Of a stretch of 64,000 bases of DNA, positions 26,390-39,467 are shown piece by piece; position 1 is the first letter of the stretch; every line of letters begins with the position of its first letter. The position numbers and the translations under genes are program-made. The notes under the pieces were generated by a model. The model saw nothing but the letters and a program-made list of their open reading frames with translations. It searched no databases and had not been told where the DNA came from. Origin of the DNA: Azolla caroliniana (Eukaryota > Plantae > Polypodiophyta); assembly GCA_043228905.1 (NCBI GenBank), contig JBHGNT010000015.1:7068001-7132000 (forward strand), written 5' to 3'.

Positions 26390-26939
26390 CCCTATCACCA
26401 GGAGACCCGACTCTTTGACAACCTTTGTCACCAGGAGCCTGGCCAACTTAGGACAAGAGCCTGACTCACTGTTAGCCTCCGTCTCTAGGAGCCCGACCGT
26501 CTCAAGGCAGGAGCCTGGTTCAAATTCAGACATCAAAAACTTTACAAATTTCCAAGTGTAGAACAAAAATTTGCCATCAAAATCTTACACCAAAATTCAT
26601 CTAAAAAATCAAAAACTTCCAATTACACACAAACTTAAAACTTCAAATTACAGATACGTTAAAGATTAAAACTTCAAATTACACGCCAATATGCATCATC
26701 AAAAAACAAAATCTTTCAATTACGCCGAAATTAAAACTTAATGCTTGAAATTACATACTGTAAAACTCAAAAACTTCCAATTACACCAAACTTAAAACAC
26801 CATGCTTCAATTTACACGCATTGAAACTCCAAAACTTAAAACTCAAATGAGAAATACTATACATACATTGAAATTCATACCTTAAAAAATTCCATAAACT
26901 TCAAACTTTAAGCTTCAAATAACAAATCAACTTAAAACT
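26390..26939. repeat. Degenerate short-motif array (GGAGCC(C/T)G repeats, then AAACTT(C)AAATTAC repeats); probable DNA-transposon subterminal region
   Basis: About 5 GGAGCC-type motifs at 26400-26520 and more than 10 AAACTT motifs at 26600-26939. Similar sequence resumes after element D at 31942. Confidence 0.5.
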
Positions 26940-29900
26940 TGTAAAGAAAGGAGAGTGATTGTATGCAGAGGAAGGATTGTGAGTGTCTATGTGTGTGTAT
27001 GCAACAGAGAGAAAGAGTGAGAGAGCTCTTTAACCAAGAAGACTGTATATTATCATCCAACAGTAACAAAGTTACAAAAGGTTGGTTTAAATACCAACTA
27101 AACTAGGGCAAAGGCCCTTTCTACTATTTACAAAACTAGCCTGGTATTTCCATGAGCTAGTGTGAAACTTATTCCTATGGGAAGTTGAGTTCGATTCTCA
27201 ACACGCCCCTTCGAACACAACTTCTGGGTTTTCGAAGATTTGTTTCAGATCGGTCTTCAGAATGCTTCAAATTTCGATTATTCGGTTTTTCCAGTTGCGT
27301 ATTCCTTGTTCGACTTCAATCAATCGATCAGTTCACTGCAAGCTCGGCTGGTCATGAATAGATAGGCCAAGGTTCATCGTGAACTCCCGAAGCTTGTCGA
27401 TACCTATGGCTTTTGTGAAAATGTCGGCTACCTGTAGATTCCTGTTGATGTGTTGTAAGTTGATATCTCCGACCGGCACGTGTTTGCGGATGAAGTGGTA
27501 GTGCACTTCGACATGCTTTGTCCGCGCATGGAATACGGGGTTCCGTGCCAAGTAGATACTGATCATGTTGTCGCAGTATAGACGAATCGGATCCTTGATG
27601 GGTACGCCCAGATCCTTCAGTATACGCTTGAGCCATACGGCTTCGTACGCGGTGACCGTCGCGCCCCTGTATTCGGCCTCCGTGCTCGACAGTGCGACCA
27701 CCGGTTGCTTCTTGCTACTCCATGAGATTGCTCCACTATCGAGGGAGAAGACGAATCCTGATGTTGACCGTCTATCTGCTTTATAACCTACCCAGTCAAC
27801 GTATGTATACCCTTCGAGTTGAATTATTGTATTTGACCTGTATGTGATGTCGTAATCCATCGTACCATTGGCGTACCGAAGTACCCTCTTAGCGCAATCA
27901 AGATGAAGGTTCTGCGAATTCTGCATGAATTGGCTAAGTAGGCCGACCGAATAGTTGAGGTTGGGTCGTGTAATGGTTAGGTAGATGAGGCTATCGATCA
28001 ATTGGCGATACTGAGTTGGCTCGCACTCGCACGTGACAGAATCGACATCAAGCTTAAGATTAGGGTCAAGCAAGGTGGACACATGTTTGCACTCCGTCAT
28101 CCCGAACTTGAAGAGTAAGTTGAGGACATAGTGTCGTTGTGAGATCATTATACCGACTGGTGTCCAAATTACTTCGATGCCTAAGAAGTAATGGAGCTCG
28201 TGCAGGTCTTTCATTTTGAATTTGCCGGAGAGAAGTGTTTTGACCTTGTTAATCTCGACAAGATCCTTTCCTCCGATGACCAAATAATCCATGTACAGGA
28301 TGATGACTATCGGGCTATCTAACTCGTTTTGGATGTATAGAGAATTATCAGATATTGACATTCGAAATCCGATTTGATGAAGATACTGCGTGATCTTCGA
28401 ATGCCACACACGTCGTGCTTGTTTGAGGCCGTAGAGTGGCTTCTTGAGTCGGCACACAACATTCGGATGATTGCACGATTCCAAACCAAGTGGTTGAATC
28501 ATGTACACTTCCTCCTCTAATTCCCCTTGGAGGAAGGTGTTCTTTACGTCCATCTAATTGAGGTGCGACCCTTTTGCTATTGCAATTGCAACCTCGGTTC
28601 ACACAGTTGTCATCTTTTCCACTGGAGCAAAGGTCTCCTCGTAGTCCACTCCGTGTGTTTGTGTGTATCCTTTCGCAACGAGTCGTGCTTTGAAGCAATT
28701 TATGGAGCCATCGGCATTGTGTTTCACTTTGTAAATCCATCTGTAGCCAATCGCTTTCTTGTGCGGAGTGTGAGGAATGAGATCCCATGTCTCGTTTTTG
28801 CATAGGGCTTGCATTTCTTCATTCATCGCGTCGACCTATCGCAGATCCTTTACGGTTCGAAAAGAGTTTCCGGCTCTCGTACTAACGCTATCTTCATCAT
28901 AAAGGCGTAATGATACGCCATGTACTTGTCGTAGCCGTAATGTCTTACGAGGTTCTTTTCTCGGGTGGACCGACGTAGCTTTTCGTTCATGGATACTAAG
29001 GCTTTCTTCGTTCCATTTGTCCGGGTGTTGAGGCCTTCAAACTCACTATCGAGGGAGTGAGTTGATTCGTTGTCGTCGAAGTGATCGTCTTCATACTCCG
29101 ACATTTTTGCCTTCCCTTTGTCCAGCGTCGGACTCGGCCGAGATGTGCTTTGATCACTCTGAGGCCCAGTAAGCCTCGTCGTAATCGGGCTTTCTTCAAA
29201 CATGTGTGTGAGCCGATCTTCGGCTTCTATCTCTATTTCAACGGATTCCGGTTTGAGCGAAATCGGAGTCGAAGCTATCTATGGTGCGTACCAGGATGCA
29301 GACTCATCGAAAACGACATGTCGACTTGTTCAAATTTTTCGGGTAGATGGATTGTAGCATTTGTACCCCTTCTATTCGAGTGAGTACCCCACGAGGATAC
29401 ATTTCTCCGACTTCAAGTCGAGCTTTTGTCGCGTATCACCAGGAATATGCAGATAAGTGATTGAGCCGAAAATACAAACATGTGATAAGTTCGTCTTCTT
29501 ACCAAGAAACTTCTCATGGGGGGTTGCGTCGTGTACTCCTAAGGTTGTGCACATGTTCATGAGGTATATGGCCGTGTTCGCTGCTTCTGCCTAGTATGAT
29601 TTCGGTAGGTTCTTCTCGTTCATCATTGCCCATGCAACCTCTACTATGTGTCGGTTCTTTCGCTTGGCTATGCCATTTTGCTGAGGTGTGTGACGGCATG
29701 AAAAATCTCGTCGGATTCCTTCGTTTTGGAGATACGTCGTAAACTCATCCGAGAAATATTCTTTGCCTCCATCTTATCGAAGGCAGCGTACGTGTCGACC
29801 CGTAGCTTTCTCAACTTCGGCTTTAAACCTCTGGAAATGTCTGAACACTTTGCTCTTCTGTTTCATCGGGTAGATCCAAGTGTGCATGGAGAAGTCATCG

Positions 29901-31941
29901 ATGAACGTGACGTAATATCGGCATCCGACAAGTGTGGTTGTCTGGGCCGGTCCCCATACATCTGAATGTACGACATCTAGGATCCCTTTGCTCACATTCC
30001 GCTCTTTCAGGAATGGATGTCAACATTGCTTTCCGAACTGGCACACTTCGCATACGCCCCTAATCTCCTTCACGGTAAAGTTCGGGAGTCCGATTACGAT
30101 TCCTTTTGATTGCATGTTCTGAAGCTTCTGGAGGTTGATGTGGCAAATTCTCTTGTGCCACAAGTTTAGGTCGGTTTCGACTTTGAGGCCCTTGCAAACG
30201 TGGTCGATTTTACCTCATTCAATTCGAGGATAAACATACGGCCTTCACGATGACCGTGAGCTACGACTCGATCGCCTTTGTCGATAAAACACCCATCATT
30301 GTTGAATTGTGCTTGCATTCCTTGTTCGACAATCTAGCCGACCGAGACTAGGTTTTTCGTGATGGTAGGAACATGCAATACGTTCTTTTAGGTAGGTTTG
30401 TTCGCCGTCATTTCTGAATGGGACGTTCCCGATATGCTGTATTGGATGAGTCATGTCATCGCCTGTCTCGACATATTCGGGATGTTCGGGTTTTTGTAAT
30501 CCCCGAAACCAATCTTCATCAGACATCATGTGGTTGGATGCTCCCCAGTCAACAAACCATACATTCTCTAAGGGTGTGGTGCTTGTTTCACCTTGTGTCG
30601 CCATTGAGTGCGCTTTGTGCCTCATCATGAACATTTTGCTACGATCATCGTAGTCGGAATTCGATGCGTAATTCGTGAGTTGTCGGCTGGTTAAAGCCAA
30701 CTCTCGCCTCTTCTTTCGGCACTCCTCTTCGTAGTGACCGAGTTTTCCGCAATATCCGCATTTGATTGATTTATTACGATTGCTTGGTCTAGCGTGATGA
30801 CTCCCCCTTCTGCCGAACTCTTCGGTATTGTTCTTGTCCTCTTGCCATTGGTAGGAGTTATGCTCTTGGGTCTGCCGACCGTGACAACCTTGACCGAATC
30901 GACCTCTATTTCCACGATCGAAATTTCTTCTATCATCCGACTGTGTGTAGAGCATATGACCCTTTGGTGTGTTGCACCTTTGTCGGGCGTGATTTTCCTC
31001 GACCAACAATATTGACTAGAGATCGAAAAAGGTGGGAGGATTCTCTCTCGCGCTCTCGCGAGGACAACGGACCTTATTGCGTTGAATCGAGGTGCTAAGC
31101 CTCGGAGGCATATCTGCACCATTTCTTTGTCGTCAATGCCAACATTGATTGACCCGAGGGCATCGCATAGCTCATTGATCTTCAAGGTGTAGCTACCGAT
31201 TGACATGTCCCTTTGTTGAATGTCATTCAACTCCTGACGAAGTTGGAGCTTGCGGGTAGTCGTTTTGGCTGCGAAGATCTTCTTGAGATAGCCCCACACT
31301 TCTTTCGGCATTTTCCTCTCTCGAATATAGCCGAGCATGTGATCATGTACGCATGATGCAAGGCAATACAACACACGACTTGTGGCCTGCTCCCAAACGG
31401 GATAGTCGGCGTGTGTTGGGTTGGGCTGCATTTCGTGAGCTCCTTCAATATAGCTCTAGTATCCTTGTCTGACAAGGTACTGATGCATCTTGTACTCCCA
31501 AGATTCGCAATTTGTCCTGTCGAGCTTCTCCATAGGAAGAGTGCTTCCCATCTGAGTATTCATGATGATTTCTTCTCTGTTTCTTGAACCGGTTTTGTTG
31601 ATCGTCGGTATGTAGTACACCACAATCGATTAGTCTTGATCAGAAAACCACACGCTCTGATATCATGTAAAGAAAGGAGAGTGATTGTATGCAGCGGAAG
31701 GACTGTACGTGTGTGTGCGTGTATGCAATAGAGAGAAAGAGTGAGAGAGCTATTTAACCAAGAAGATTGTATATTATCATCCAACAGAATACATCCAACA
31801 GTAACAAAGTTACAAAAGGTTGGTTTAAATACCAACTAAACTTGGGCAAAGGCCCTTTCTACTATTTACAAAACAAGCCTGGTATTTCCATGAGCTAGTG
31901 TGAAACCTATTCCTATGGGAAGTTGAGTTCGATTCTCAACC
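26940..31941 (-). mobile_element. Ty1/Copia element D, structurally complete and decayed
   Basis: LTRs TGTAAAGAAAGG...TTCTCAAC at 26940-27203 and 31666-31941, with a perfect TSD AAACT. PBS next to 31666. Gag, PR and INT fragments plus the RT-RNase H ORF 27333-28553. Confidence 0.95.
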
Positions 31942-32099
31942 AAACTTAACAATTTTCTCACCACAAAATGCACAAAACCATAGTCAACTTGGGGAAACAA
32001 ACATCAAAATTGAGGTTATAGTATTGTGTATTAATGATTCCTCCTTACCCTACTATTTATCCAAAATTTCATAAGTTTTCTCTATCCTTGGGGTTGTAA

Positions 32100-32143
<44 letters not shown>

Positions 32144-32270
32144 AAGTTTAAACTTTGAGACCGACATTCACAATAGTGGTACTATGTGGTATTTGATTGT
32201 ACCAAATGTTGCATATGTGTGTAGGTTCCAAAATGCTTTGGGGTATTTTGGGAACAAGAACATACGTCAA

Positions 32271-32729
<459 letters not shown>

Positions 32730-33537
32730 CAACTTCCAGTCGTCGTATGGTCGGTTTGGTTTTCATTATGAATACAATGAGTACATGGCGCATCGTTATA
32801 TGTACATGACAAAGGTGGCAAAAATACGCAAGCCGAAGAGCTACGCGGAGGCGGCATAGGACGCCAATTGGCAAGCTTCCATGGAAGAAGAAATGCAAGC
32901 ACTAGTCTTCACGAAACATGGGACCTGTTGGATCCTCCCCGATATTACAAGCCGATCGGATGCAAATGGGTGTACAAGGTAAAGTAAAACACCAACGCCT
33001 TTGTCAACTGATACAAGGCCCGATTGGTGACCAAAGGCTACACGCAAACCCACGACATTGACTACAATGAGACCTTCGCGACAGTTGCGAAGATGACGAC
33101 AACCCGCGTAGTGATGGCGATAGCAATGGCGAGGGGGTGACATCTCCATCAAATGGATGTCAAGAACACGTTTCTTCAAGGTGACCTTGAAGAGCAGGTA
33201 TTTATGGTTAGAGTTGAACAAGTCGCTTTACAGTCTCAAGCAAGATCCACGAACTTAGAATTCCAAAATCATGCAACCGTTGTGGAAGATGGGGTTTGAG
33301 GTCTCAAAGCCTGATTCTTTGTTAACCGTGGGACAAAATGAACAAAATAGGAAATGAGCAAGGAAAGCCATACAAAGTGTGAAACGAAAAAAGGAGGGGG
33401 CCGAATAGCACAAACAATTGAACAAAGGAAGCCAACTAACGGAAAAAGGGCCTACGAAGATTATAAAAGTGTAGGAGCAAGAGAGCGTAACACTCTTCAT
33501 TGTTCATCCGGAACGGTCAAAAGGGCCTGATCTACAT
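32730..33537 (+). mobile_element. Old B-family Copia (element G), 5' part of RT
   Basis: [28 protein letters not shown] and KPDSSLFIRNG are readable across frameshifts. The element continues at 38949-39463 and its 3' LTR remnant lies at about 50680-50944. Confidence 0.85.
33320..33492. mobile_element. 173-bp solo LTR inserted in the RT of element G
   Basis: TGTTA...TAACA inverted termini and a 5-bp TSD TTCTT/CTCTT. Removing it restores KPDSSLFI. Confidence 0.75.
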
Positions 33538-33973
33538 TGTTACTCCTTCCTGGACAGAACACCTTCGATTACTCCTCCTTGGTAGCCGGGTCAAGGTATT
33601 GTGGTCCAAAAGAGAGTTAGGGGTTCCGATGCTTTGCCGTAAAAAGGGGGGGGGGGGGGGGGGGGTTGTACCGATACGTGGCGTGTAGACCTTCCAGTAC
33701 TCAAATACGCACAGATCAATAATTAGGTAGAAAACAATATATGATAGGAACGGCTACAACCGATCCTAAGGTCACAATTCTTACTTAGACAACGCTTGCA
33801 CAACATAGATAAAGGAAACAAGAATATATTCGATTAACAATTCACATATACAAGTATTTTTTTCTATCAGTATAAGATTCACTCTCTATTCCTCATTTGT
33901 TCTCTAACTTCTTGGTGTTTATATCTTTTTTTTTACGGTAGGCACTTTCCTACCTAATACCTGACTCCTTTGT

Positions 33974-36900
33974 TCGACTCAAAAGAGAATTTTTAACAAC
34001 AAAAATGAAGCTGGGTGATAAAGTTCGTGAACATGCTCAAAAACTTAGAAATATTGCATCTCAGCTTCAAGTGATTGGCCATACGCTTCCCAAAGATGAG
34101 GTAACATACATTTTACTTAACAGTTTGCCTAGTTCATATGGGCATCTTGAGGTTTCAATGCATGATTTAGATGCAGTTCAAGACCTAGACAAACTAATGG
34201 CAATATTAGAACAAGAGGAGCAACGACAAAGTTTACAAAGGGAAGAGTCTTCTATTAATGAACATGCTCTCCTAACCCATTCAAGTAAGAGACGTGATTA
34301 TGTTAAGAATTGGCATGAAAAATTTCAGAAAACTTCACAAAAGGGATGGGAAGGAAATGTCAGTGCTTTTCGACCAATGGATCCATCTCAAGTGGTATGT
34401 CATTACTGCCAAGAAAAGGGACACATTGCACGTGGGTGTGCTAAGAAGGTAGCAGATAATTACAGAAGGAGGAGGGAAAACAAAGGCACGGAAGGTGTAG
34501 CGCTCATGGCATCACTACATGACATTGAAGATGATGAAGCAATCACAAATACAAATATACTAACTTGGTATGTAGATTTTGCTACATCAGCTCATATGTG
34601 TAAAAACAAAGAATTTTTCACAGAATATCATGTTTTCGATAATCCACGCCCAATATTTTTGGGAAATGGTGCACACATAATGGCCATTGCAATAGGAAAT
34701 GTGAAGATTAGAGAAGGAATCATTCATAATGTATTGCATGTTCCTCTCATAAAGAAAAATCTATTGTTTGTTGATGCACTAGATATAGCTTGTATAAAGG
34801 TTGTTTTTTCAAAAGGATTGTGTGAATTATGGAGAGGAAACATGCTTCTTTTTGAAGCAAAAAAGAAGTATGGATTATATAGATTAGATGTAAACATTCA
34901 TCATCATTCAGCAAATATTGTTGCTGAAGATTTTGGGAAGAAAGCCTTACAATGGCATAAAAGATTCGGGCATGTCAATTTTGACAAACTTAGGAAAGTA
35001 GGGGACATTAATATCTCAAACAAGGAAATTCTCCAAGTAAGTCAACAATACTTATGTGAGAGTTGTCAGCTAAGCAAGTTTACTCGACAACCATTTAATA
35101 CAAAAAGGGGAATTTTAGCTAGTAGGCCTCTTGAATTAGTCCATATGGATCTTTGTGGCCCAATGCATGTGCCATCAATAGGAGGAGCAAGATACTTATA
35201 TGTTGTCACAGATGATTATACACGAAAAACTTTTGCAAATCCTCTTTCATGGAAAGATGACACTTTTGAGTATTTTCAAAAATTTAAGGCACTCACAGAG
35301 TCTGAACTTGGGCTCTCGATAAACAAAGTAAGATTAGATAGAGGTGGAGAGATCAAGTCACATATTTTTGGCTCTTTTTGTTCTAATCATGGTATTACAC
35401 AAGAATTTACCCCTAGCTACACTCCTCAACTAAATGGTGTGGCTGAAAGAAAAAATAGGACTATCATGGATATGGTAAGATGTATATTGATAGATAGCAA
35501 ATTATCATTAGAATTTTGGGGAGAAGCATCCAAATGTGCAGCATATATACTCAATCGACTCCCAACAAAGCTTATACGTGGAGGATGCCCGGAGGAAATC
35601 TGGCAACAAAAAAGGGTTAGTATAACTCATCTTCGTCCTTTTGGTTGCAAGGCATACTTCCATGTACCTCGTCCACTTCGTCATAAGTTGGATCCAACTA
35701 CCAAGTAAGGAATTATGATCGGATATGAGGATCCAGGCTATGGGTATAGAGTTTGGAATGAAGAGCAAAAACGAGTGTTTGTCACTCGCAACGTGTTGTT
35801 CGATGAAGATCATTTCCCTTGCAAAATGCAAGAAGGTAACAAATCTAGTGTTAAAAGTTCACACATGATCATTGATAGCATTTTGCAGGAAAATGAAGAC
35901 TCATTTTGTGGTGAAGAACCATGTGACGAAACCACAATAAGAGAAGAAATATCACCAAATGAAATGGAAATTGCATCATCTTGTTTGAGGCGAGGTCAAA
36001 GAATTAGAAGACCATCTTCTATCCTTAGAGATCCCTCATTCGAGTGCAATATAAGTGTAGAATCTGAAATGTTTGAACCATCCAATTTAAAAGAAGCTTT
36101 ACTTTCACCAGATAAAGCAAAGTGGGAAGAGGCAATACATTTGGAGCTTGATGCGCATAGAAAAAACGGTACATGGGAACTTATGAAAGGAAGTGAAAGG
36201 CAACAAACCATAGGTTCCAAATGGGTGTTCAAAATCAAGAGAGGATCAAATGGGATTCCTATCAAATACAAGGCTAGATTAGTAGCTCAAGGCTTCAAAC
36301 AAATCGTTGGCATTGATTTCACTAAAACTTATGCACCAACTGCCCTCATCACTTCCATTCGGGTCGAATTAATAAAGGCATGTGCACAAGGTTGGGAAAT
36401 CCATCAAATGGATGTAAAAACAATTTTTCGTAACGGAGAATTAAATGAAGAAATATATATGACATTACCAAAGATGAACAAGGACGAACCAACGCAAACA
36501 TGTCGACTTAAGAAGTCACTTTACGGCTTAAGGCAAGTTGGAATATGTTGGTATATCCGCCTCCATAATTTCTTTCTACAAAATAATTTTACTTGTTGCA
36601 AATCGGATCAAAGCATCTATGTTCTTTGTAACAATGAAAAACATATTATTGTTGCGGTATATGTTGATGATATAATCATGGCCAATACATTTTCAGCCAC
36701 CCAATATTTGAAAGACATCTTGAACGCAGAATTTGACATGGAAGATATGGGTGCCATCTCCTTTTGCTTAGGGATTGACATTTTATACAATCAAGATAAA
36801 AGAGCTATTCACTTCTCCCAACAAGGATACATTTCACAAATATTGGAAAGGTTTCATATGGCAAGTTGTTATCCAACAAGCACACCCATGGAAGGACTGT

Positions 36901-38948
36901 CACACCTTTCAAATCTTCATAACAAAGGTGATACGGTAAATTTTCCATACAGGTCATTAATTGGTTCTCTTATGTATGCTAGTATTTGTACAAGACCAGA
37001 TATTTCATTTGCAACTAATAAACTAAGTCAATTCTTTGAGAACCCTAGCATACTCATTGGAAAGCTGCAAAACGAATCTTAAAATATTTAAAAGGGACAA
37101 GTGACTTGGGGCTTACATTTCAAGCTAGTTCCTCAGATATGAGATTGCATGTGGATGTTGATTGGGCAAGTGACCCCACCGATCAAAAATCTATTTCTGG
37201 CTATTGTGTTTTTATTGGCAACGTGGTAGCTCTATGGGGAAGCAAAAAATAAAATAGTGTGGCATTATCAACAATAGAGGCAGAATATATGGCATTGGCA
37301 TATGGAATCAAAGAAGTTTTATGGGCATCCAACCTAATCAACGAATCCGGTCTACATGTAAATAAACCCATTCCAACACTCAATGATAATCGAGCTGCGG
37401 TATTATGGCCACAAATTCAAGAAGTACAAAGCGTGCTAAACATGTGGATATCAAGTATCATTTTGTGAAGGATATCATTGAGCAAAGGGACATCATACTA
37501 GAACATTGTTCAAGCATAGACATGGCTGCAGACATTCTTACAAAGCCATTGGATACACACAAATTTAAGAAATGTAGAGACATGTTGGGCATGAGCTCTC
37601 GCAACATACTTGAGCATCCTCCACGTGGGGGGGATTGAAGCACCTTTTTGCCGTGGATGATGCCGAGATTAAAGGTGTGCCACCATAGAATCTAAATCTC
37701 CTGTCCTCCCTATATCATAGCCCTCAATTGGCTTTCTTTCTCTCTTTCCTTTTTCGTCCAAGTTGCATAAAGGTATAAAAGGGCGGTTTATGAAGACGAA
37801 AAAGGCAGAGCTTTGCAAATGCTCTCTGTGCATCCAGTAGTGAATCCTCCTTCTAGGTCATAGGCATATCTTAGTTCTTTCTGGTTGTTATTTCAGATAG
37901 CAATATATGCTACCAGTGTGTTGGTTAGAGTTTTTGATACAATCAATGTATGCTTTATATTGAGTTCCTATATGATATATACAAGCTCTGTAGTAGCTTG
38001 AGTGACTTATGTGAGTTAGGATTCTGTTGTAGCTTGAAAGACAGATTGCAAATCAGATTTATCGTTCATGTATGTTCATCCATACTAGTTAATCTATTAA
38101 GTTTTCGTCTTTATGTTTTGTTCCTTCCTCCACCTACTCTTTCACCTTTGCATATTCATTCACAAAAATAGACACATCTATTTGTGTGTATACTTATTGG
38201 ATTCTGTTCACTTGTGTTTCTTCAAGGTTATGGACCCACACAACTTCCATTGTGTTATTATTCATTAGTTATCCATCACCAAGTTCACATATTAGTAATC
38301 AATAGTACATTCATCCCTAGATTATTAATCCATCACCTTGTAGTCCCTCATTCATTAGTAATTGATAACATCTAGAGTTAGAGATGGCAAACCTCAAAGA
38401 TTTTATCATTGAAAAGTTCATTGGTGATAATTTTCCATTGTGGAAATGGAGGATGGAGATACTACTCGATGATAAGGGACTCCTGAAGATAGTCAATGGG
38501 GAGGAAGTGGCACCGAAGAAAGAAGGAGATACAGAGGCTTACAACAAAAGAGAGAAGAAGGCATATGCACTCTTGGACTCAACTTAGCGGATAGACAAGC
38601 TGAGGAGATAAGGCACACCAAAACGGCTAAGGAGGCATGGGATACATTGATGAAGTTGAATGAATCAAGCACGATGGCTAACGTCCTTCGACTCAAAAGA
38701 GAATTTTTAACAACAAAAATGAAGCCGAGTGATAAAGTTCGTGAACATGCTCAAAAACTTAGAAATATTGCATCTCAGCTTCAAGTGATTGGCCATACAC
38801 TTCCCAAAGATGAGGTAACATACATTTTACTTAACAGTATGCCTAGTTCATATGGGCATCTTGTGGTTTCAATGCATGATTTAGATGCAGTTCAAGACCT
38901 AGACAAACTAATGGCAATATTAGAACAAGAGGAGCAACGACAAAGTTT
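33974..38948 (+). mobile_element. Ty1/Copia element E (distinct AT-rich lineage), circularly permuted around a single LTR
   Basis: Gag-3'/PR/INT ORF 34005-35708, RT ORF 35715-37082 (YVDD) and RNase H to 37638. Then PPT GTGGGGGGGAT, LTR TGAAG...CTTCA 37636-38224, PBS at 38226, and the gag start MANLKDFIIEKF 38384-38948. Confidence 0.92.
38226..38238 (+). promoter_or_regulatory. Half-tRNA-iMet type primer-binding site (GGTTATGGACCCA)
   Basis: It lies 1 nt after the LTR end and is one mismatch from GGTTATGGGCCCA, the PBS type of Drosophila copia/hemiviruses. Confidence 0.75.
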
Positions 38949-39463
38949 CATGCAGAGACCGACAACCGAGCACCTTCAGTGCGCACATCGAATATTGCAA
39001 TACATGATTAGCACAAAGGATCGTGGATTGTTATATCAACACAACATAGCCGAACAATTGGTCAGCTACACATATGTCAATTGGGCCGAATACACTACGG
39101 ATTGGCAATCGACATCATGTTTCATGTTCTCTCTCGAGAGTGTTGCCATAGCGTGGAGCAGCATGATGCAACCAATAGTGGCATTGTCGAGCACTGAGGC
39201 TGAGTATCGATGAGCCACTGTCGCTGCATGCGAGGCCATTTAGCTCAAACGGCTGTTGCAAGATCTACAAGTGGAGGTTGCCAGTCCAATCCCGATCTAT
39301 TGTGACAACATTAGTAGCATGTAGATGGTAATGTTGCAGGATCTACAAGTGGAGGTTGCCAGTCCAATCCCGATCTATTGTGACAACATTAGTAGCATGT
39401 TGCAGGATCTACAAGTGGAGGTTGCCAGTCCAATCCCGATCTATTGTGACAACATTAGTAGCA
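38949..39463 (+). mobile_element. Element G continued: RT end/RNase H with a triplicated 66-bp unit
   Basis: FMQRPTTEHLQCAHRIL...VALSSTEAEYR. The 66-bp copies lie at 39254-39319, 39332-39397 and 39398-39463. Confidence 0.88.
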
Positions 39464-39467
39464 TTAC

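Noticed and set aside
38647-39213. 188-aa ORF fusing E gag to G RT as a novel chimeric gene
   Set aside because: A breakpoint by-product; the upstream gag is frameshifted and the downstream RNase H has stops.
39254-39463. Three 66-bp direct repeats resembling a CRISPR-like array
   Set aside because: A local triplication of RNase H coding sequence with no unique spacers, in a eukaryotic context.
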